In this document: positions 59,379-64,000 of the stretch, in pieces
Layout of the letters: each line of letters begins with the position of its first letter
How positions within the stretch are numbered: position 1 is the stretch's first letter
Program-made: the position numbers and the translations under genes
NCBI GenBank assembly: GCA_963700285.1
Contig: CAVOXA010000007.1
Span: forward strand, 1-64,000
Direction of reading: 5' to 3'
Length of the DNA stretch: 64,000 nucleotides
From: an uncultured Chloroflexia bacterium
GTDB lineage: Bacteria; Chloroflexota; Anaerolineae; JAAYZQ01
Notes under the pieces: generated by a model
Databases searched by the model: none
The model's input: the letters and a program-made list of their open reading frames with translations, nothing else
What the model was told of the DNA's origin: nothing

Positions 59379-59791
59379 TTCTGCTATTGCTTCGCTGTGA
59401 ACCCGACTCGTGCTGCCATTGCTGCGGACGGGATTGTAGGGTGCCTCTGGGATTGCGGCCTGGACCTGACTGCAGCTGTCCTTGCGTTCATAGCCTGTGC
59501 TCATCGTATGCCTCCATCCTTCAGGCTAGGAATGGAACTGGCCATCGCGGATCGAGAAAGCCAAAAGCCGCCGGCTCACCCGCCCAGGCAGGTTGGCGCG
59601 AACGGCTTGTTTCTAAGAGGGTATCCTGAAAGCAGACCGGTCGCGTCGGTCTGATCACTGGCTGGGTTGACCCTGCATCACTGGGCCCTTCTCATCTTTA
59701 ACCATTATAACCGCAAACTGGTTGGAAATCAAGGTTCCCTGTCTGCCGTCAGTGCCCGTGCCGAGTTCGAGGCCAGCCTGCAAGTCACCAC

Positions 59792-60583
59792 ATCGTGGCC
59801 AAGCGACTGCCAACACCCTTGCCAAGCAACTGCAACCATCGCCCAGAACGGTACTGCGAGGGGTCGTTCGTGGACACTGTGCACATGAACCATCCAGCAA
59901 TAACCTCGTTCCTACGGTCAGCCGCCGCGCCGATTCTGGCCAATGGGCGAACTGAATCGGCTTGCGCCCTTGACAGGCCGTCCATCCTCGTGAGTACTGC
60001 AGGTGGACGTACAGCGACAGGGAGTGCATGGGGCACTTTGTAATGGCCCAATGGGTGAGGCGGTGTCAAGGTGAGAGGTCATCGCCGAGGGACAATCCCC
60101 CAAGGAGATGGAAATCGTTCTTCTTGCGTTTGACGGAGCGTTCGGCACAGGAGCGGGCGTCTTTGTGGAGGTTCCAGAGGACGCTATTAGGATCGTGGCC
60201 AAGCGACTGCCAACACCCTTGCCAAGCAACTGCAGCATCGCCCAGAACGGCACTGCGAGGGGTCGTTCGTGGACACTGTGCACATGAACCATCCAGCAAT
60301 AACCTCGTTCCTACGGTCGGCCGCCGCGCCGATTCTGGCCAATGGGCGAACTGAATCGGCTTGCGCCCTTGACAGGCCGTCCATCCTCGTGATACTGCAG
60401 GTGGACGTACAGCGACAGGGAGTGCATGGGGCACTTTGTAATGGCCCAATGGGTGAGGCGGTGTCAAGGTGAGAGGTCATCGCCGAGGGACAATCCCCCA
60501 AGGAGATGGAAATCGTTCTTCTTGCGTTTGACGGAGCGTTCGGCACAGGAGCGGGCGTCTTTGTGGAGGTTCCAGAGGACGCT
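59792..60583. repeat. About 393-bp direct tandem duplication
   Basis: 59792-60185 is nearly identical to 60192-60583. Confidence 0.92.
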
Positions 60584-60925
60584 TCTCGGGGATGAGAGTA
60601 TGGAGGCGATAGTTCTCCTTGGGATAGGTGTAGAGGACGCGGCCGTAGGCAGAGTCAGAACAGTCCTTGGCGAAGTGAGGACAAGAGGTGATGTCCGGGG
60701 CTTTCTTGGCGGCGGCCAAGGGGCAGCGCCATTTGAGACGCAAGCGGTCGGGGCAGAAGCTCCAGCGCTTCATGGACAAGCCGGCCGGGCAGATGGGGAT
60801 ACCTTTTTCGAGCCGCAAGGGACCGGCATAGGGCAGGTTGGGCTTGTTGCGTTCGTTGAGGGGTACAACAAAGGCCATATGCCAGCGCTGAGTAGCCAGG
60901 CGAAAGAGCCCCAGGGCATCGAGGT
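59990..60925 (-). mobile_element. Fragmented DDE transposase (IS4/IS1182-like C-terminus)
   Basis: GIPICPAG..M..RLKWRCP..CS.S.YGR..RL...PR..W..HK.ARS.AERS.KR.K.DF in broken frames. Confidence 0.6.
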
Positions 60926-61009
60926 AGTGCGTTTGCCAGAAATCCCCTGATGGTCATTTCTGATCTAGGGCACGTATGTGCCACATCCCAATGGTGAGAG
61001 GTGGAAGTC

Positions 61010-62075
61010 ATGAAGAGAGCATCCCTGATTCTGGTACTAAGTCTGCTCATGGTCCTGGCAGCGGTGCCTGTCGCTGCCCAAGACGCCAGTCCGGTGTGTG
61101 AGAAGGTCCGGTCAGCGCAGGACAGGATGGAATGGAACAGCCAGCCCTGGGTGAGCCTGCTCGAAGTGCAAGGTCGTGAAGGGTGTTGGCTGGGCGATAT
61201 TGATCTACAAGGTGCCAACCTGGAAGGCGTCAAGCTGCGCGGGGCCCACCTGATCGACGCCGACCTGACCGACGCCGACCTGACCGGCGCCAACCTTAGC
61301 GGTGCCAACCTGACCCGCGCCGACCTGACCGGCGCCGACCTGACCGGCGCCGACCTGTCCTTCGCCAGGCTGTACGGGGCCATACTTGGCGGCGCCGACC
61401 TGACCAACGCCAATCTGACCTGGGCCAACCTGAGGCAGGCCGAGCTGATGTGGGCCAACCTAGAAGGCGCCAACCTGTCCCACGCCTATCTGCGCAACGC
61501 CGACCTGAGGTTTGCCAACCTGACCTACGCCGACCTGACCAGCGCTGACCTTGTTCTCACCCAACTGATGGTGGCCAACCTGAGCAACGCCGTCCTGACC
61601 GGCGCCAACCTGACCGGCGCCGACCTGAGGTCTGCCAACCTGACCAACGCCAACCTGGAGTACGCCGACCTGCTCGGCGCCGACCTGCATTACGCCATCC
61701 TGACCGGCGCCGACCTGTCCTTCGCCAGGCTGTACGGGGCCATACTGGCGGCGCCGACCTGACCAACGCCATCCTGACCGGCGCCAACCTGACCGGCGCC
61801 AACCTGGGGTACGCCGACCTGACCGGCGCCAACCTGACCGGCGCCAACCTGAGGTACGCCGACCTGACCGGCGCCAACCTGACCGGCGCCGACCTGCTCG
61901 GCGCCGACCTGCGCGGCGCCCACCTGACCAACGCCAACCTGACCAACGCCAACCTGGAGTGGGCCGACCTGCGCGGCGCCGACCTTGACAACGCTAACCT
62001 GACCGGCGCCCGACCCTGGACACGCCAACCTGAAGCCAGCGTTATCTGGAACAACACGATTGCCCTGACGCTGGG
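61010..62075 (+). pseudogene. Second secreted pentapeptide-repeat gene, frameshifted near 61746 and degraded at its 3' end
   Basis: Paralogue of 50844-51899 (CEKVRSAQ..MEWNS.PWVSLLEVQGR); CATACTGGC where the earlier repeat has CATACTTGGC. Confidence 0.82.
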
Positions 62076-62269
62076 CACGAGAGCGACGGCACGAGGGCAG
62101 GCAGCTGACAGGGTAGCCTGAGCCACAACCGCCAAACAGCCAGACGCAACTCGGGGCGGAACTGCGCAGCTGGGCGAGCTGGCCGCGGCATCAACCAGCC
62201 GACCTGGAGCGAAGAACCGAGACAGCCACGGCCCTGGGAGAGAGAGGGGGAGAAGGAGCACAAAGCAGG

Positions 62270-62740
62270 CGCCAACGTGGGCAGCACCTCGAGGCGCCTG
62301 CAACTAGCGCCACTCAAAGAACCAGACGCGGCCCTTGGGCACGAAGTGACGGCATTCTGGGCAGTACCACTGCCCGGGGGACGTCACGGACCAGCGACCG
62401 CTACGTGGGCAACGCGGGGGCTGACGAGGGACGCTCGAGCTTGCGGATCTGGCAGGAACCAAGCTGGCCGTCGAGGGCCTGACGGGCCCGGCACGAGCAG
62501 CTCTCGGGGGCCGATCCTGGCGGAGCTGGGCCTGACGGTGGGCGAGGCCGCGTGCCGGCTGGGCCGGAGTCGAGGACATCCGCGTGCTCTGTCGGTTTGG
62601 CCCGTCCAGGCTATCTTTCTCCGAGTTGGGCTAAGGAAAGCCGGAGGAATACGAGGGCCCGGCCTGGCGCATGGAGCGGCTCAAGGAGGTCTTTCCCCAG
62701 GAAGCCGGGGGCCTACAAGACGGCCAGAGCGATAGCGGAC
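62270..62740 (+). pseudogene. Degraded, internally deleted copy of the 48489-50021 oxidoreductase
   Basis: TACGAGGGCCCGGCCTGGCGCATGGAGCGGCTCAAGGAGGTCTTTCCCCAGGAAGCCGGGGG is identical to about 48786-48847, then the sequence jumps to CAAGAC.GCCA resembling the gene's 3' end. Confidence 0.75.
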
Positions 62741-62822
62741 GCCAAGCAGGCCGAGTGGAGAGCAGACGAAGGGCAATCATCACTCGCTCGCGCTGGACCA
62801 GTCTTGTTTCCAGGTCTGGTGC

Positions 62823-63473
62823 TCAGTCCGTGAGACGGCTGTAGTAGGAGTGGCTGGTGTACAAGGCGGCGACGGGATTGTGGCCCAGGACCCGGTCCTT
62901 GGCGACCAGGACTGTCACCGGCGCCTTGGAGTGCATGAAGAACAGGCTGTCGTGGCCCACGCAGAGGCCGATGACGACGTTGAGCTGGCAGCCGGCCTTG
63001 TCCAGCAGCGCCGCCTGGCCCACGGGGCTGCACAGGCCCTCAAACTGCCCCGGGCGGATCTTGTCCTCATCCTTTAGGCCGATGGCTTCTTTGGGGATCG
63101 TGCCGACCTTACAGCAGGCGGTGTAAACCTCAAAACCCCCAGCCATAAAAATCTCGCGTGCCGCGCGGGCTTCACGCATGAGTCCCACGCAATGGGCGAT
63201 GCCCAGCCTGGTGGCACCGATGCGCCGGGCAAAATCCATGATCTCCTCGACGCGGGTACTCTCGCAGTAGCCGGCGGCTTCGGTACGGGCAGACTCGACT
63301 GCCAATTTCCTGACCTTCTCATCCTGGAGATAGACCTGCTCAACCCCGGCCAGCAACTCTTCCTCGTGCGGCACGGGGCAGAAGTCTGGGTGCTGCTTCT
63401 CGCCTGGCTCTGCGCTGCAGGCGCGCACGCCGCAGATGGCGCAGACAGGTCCGGTGTACTTGTCTTTGCTCAT
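62823..63473 (-). CDS. DUF1847 family Cys-rich metal-binding protein
   Basis: ATG 63473 after AAGGAGG; TRVEEI..FA, GIAHC.GL, CCKVG, LCSPVGQA, GLCVGHDSLF, DRVLGHNP. Confidence 0.85.
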   Translation of the reverse strand: MSKDKYTGPVCAICGVRACSAEPGEKQHPDFCPVPHEEELLAGVEQVYLQDEKVRKLAVESARTEAAGYCESTRVEEIMDFARRIGATRLGIAHCVGLMREARAAREIFMAGGFEVYTACCKVGTIPKEAIGLKDEDKIRPGQFEGLCSPVGQAALLDKAGCQLNVVIGLCVGHDSLFFMHSKAPVTVLVAKDRVLGHNPVAALYTSHSYYSRLTD

Positions 63474-63625
63474 GCTGTCCTCCTTGACGGTCCTTGTTTG
63501 GTGCTTCAGGGCATAGGCAAACCCACTATAGCACCACCAGGCGCCTCTTGTCAATTGCTGGGCTCGATGTCTCAGCGCAGTCGCATGTCGCGTGATCATC
63601 CTCAGCCGGTCTTTTTGTGCTTTTT

Positions 63626-63654
63626 GTCACAGCTTTGTAACAGCCCGGTCACAG
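63626..63654 (+). promoter_or_regulatory. Three 11-bp-phased direct repeats, OmpR/PhoB-type binding site candidate
   Basis: GTCACAG 63626, GTAACAG 63637, GTCACAG 63648. Confidence 0.55.
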
Positions 63655-63931
63655 TGCCTGTTATCTTTTGCCAGTAAGCTGTGGGTAAAGCGCGATAGTC
63701 AGCAGGGCTGACACGGATTCGCAATGCCTGTCGCAGCTAATGCGGGTGTGTGATCGGCTGCTGGGCTCTTGTCGAATCCCGTCGGGCAAGCATGACCGCA
63801 TGTTGCGCCTAGGACATAGAAGTCATCGCCGTCAAGATCGGAGAGCTGAGGGGATTGACGGCGGCTTATCCCGAGGCTGGGCTCATCGTGATAGAGGGTA
63901 GCCCGACTACGGCGTCGGAACGAGGGAAGAC

Positions 63932-64000
63932 ATGACAGCTCGAATTCTGGTTCCGCTGGATGGTTCGGCTCTAGCCGAGCAGGCGCTCTCCTGCGCTGTG
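63932..64000 (+). CDS. Universal stress protein, N-terminus (partial)
   Basis: MTARILVPLDGSALAEQAL is the typical USP start. Confidence 0.8.
   Translation, partial: MTARILVPLDGSALAEQALSCAV

Noticed and set aside
59379-59629. Cys-rich C-terminal extension of the IS3 transposase
   Set aside because: Read-through into unrelated sequence after the element's truncation point

Overview
GC-rich bacterial window whose gene content and repeat types suggest Chloroflexota (Anaerolineae-like); this assignment is inferred, not searched. 1-39 kb is a cell-surface/secretome island. It holds a GAF/PAS histidine kinase with an OmpR-type regulator, three large secreted M28 metallopeptidase/Ig-repeat paralogues (two share a near-identical 1.74 kb block), a 1.76-kaa SdrD-B repeat protein and three gingipain-like C25 peptidases. 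Between the SdrD-B gene and the C25 genes sits a RiPP-like cassette: a divergent nucleotidyltransferase, PqqD/RRE, radical SAM-SPASM, a 53-aa Cys-containing precursor missing from the ORF track (25809-25970), an HPr-kinase-like P-loop protein and an S24/S26 peptidase. Several secreted proteins share a C-terminal domain and/or a (Y/F/L)LP(L/V/F)(L/V/I)x(R/K) tail. The best candidate for an undescribed system is this cassette, possibly coupled to C25-mediated surface-protein sorting. 39-50 kb carries a non-pyrrolysine MttB with a corrinoid protein, a DapA-like protein, a saccharopine/lysine dehydrogenase, a zinc-ribbon cyclase-AAA-TPR protein and an FAD oxidoreductase. 50-64 kb is a decayed accessory region: a comM relic, secreted pentapeptide-repeat genes, an MBL hydrolase, ICMT-like proteins, a PKD protein, IS remnants, DUF1847 and a partial USP gene. 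Several frameshifts lie in homopolymers and may be sequencing errors. No rRNA, tRNA or CRISPR array was recognised.
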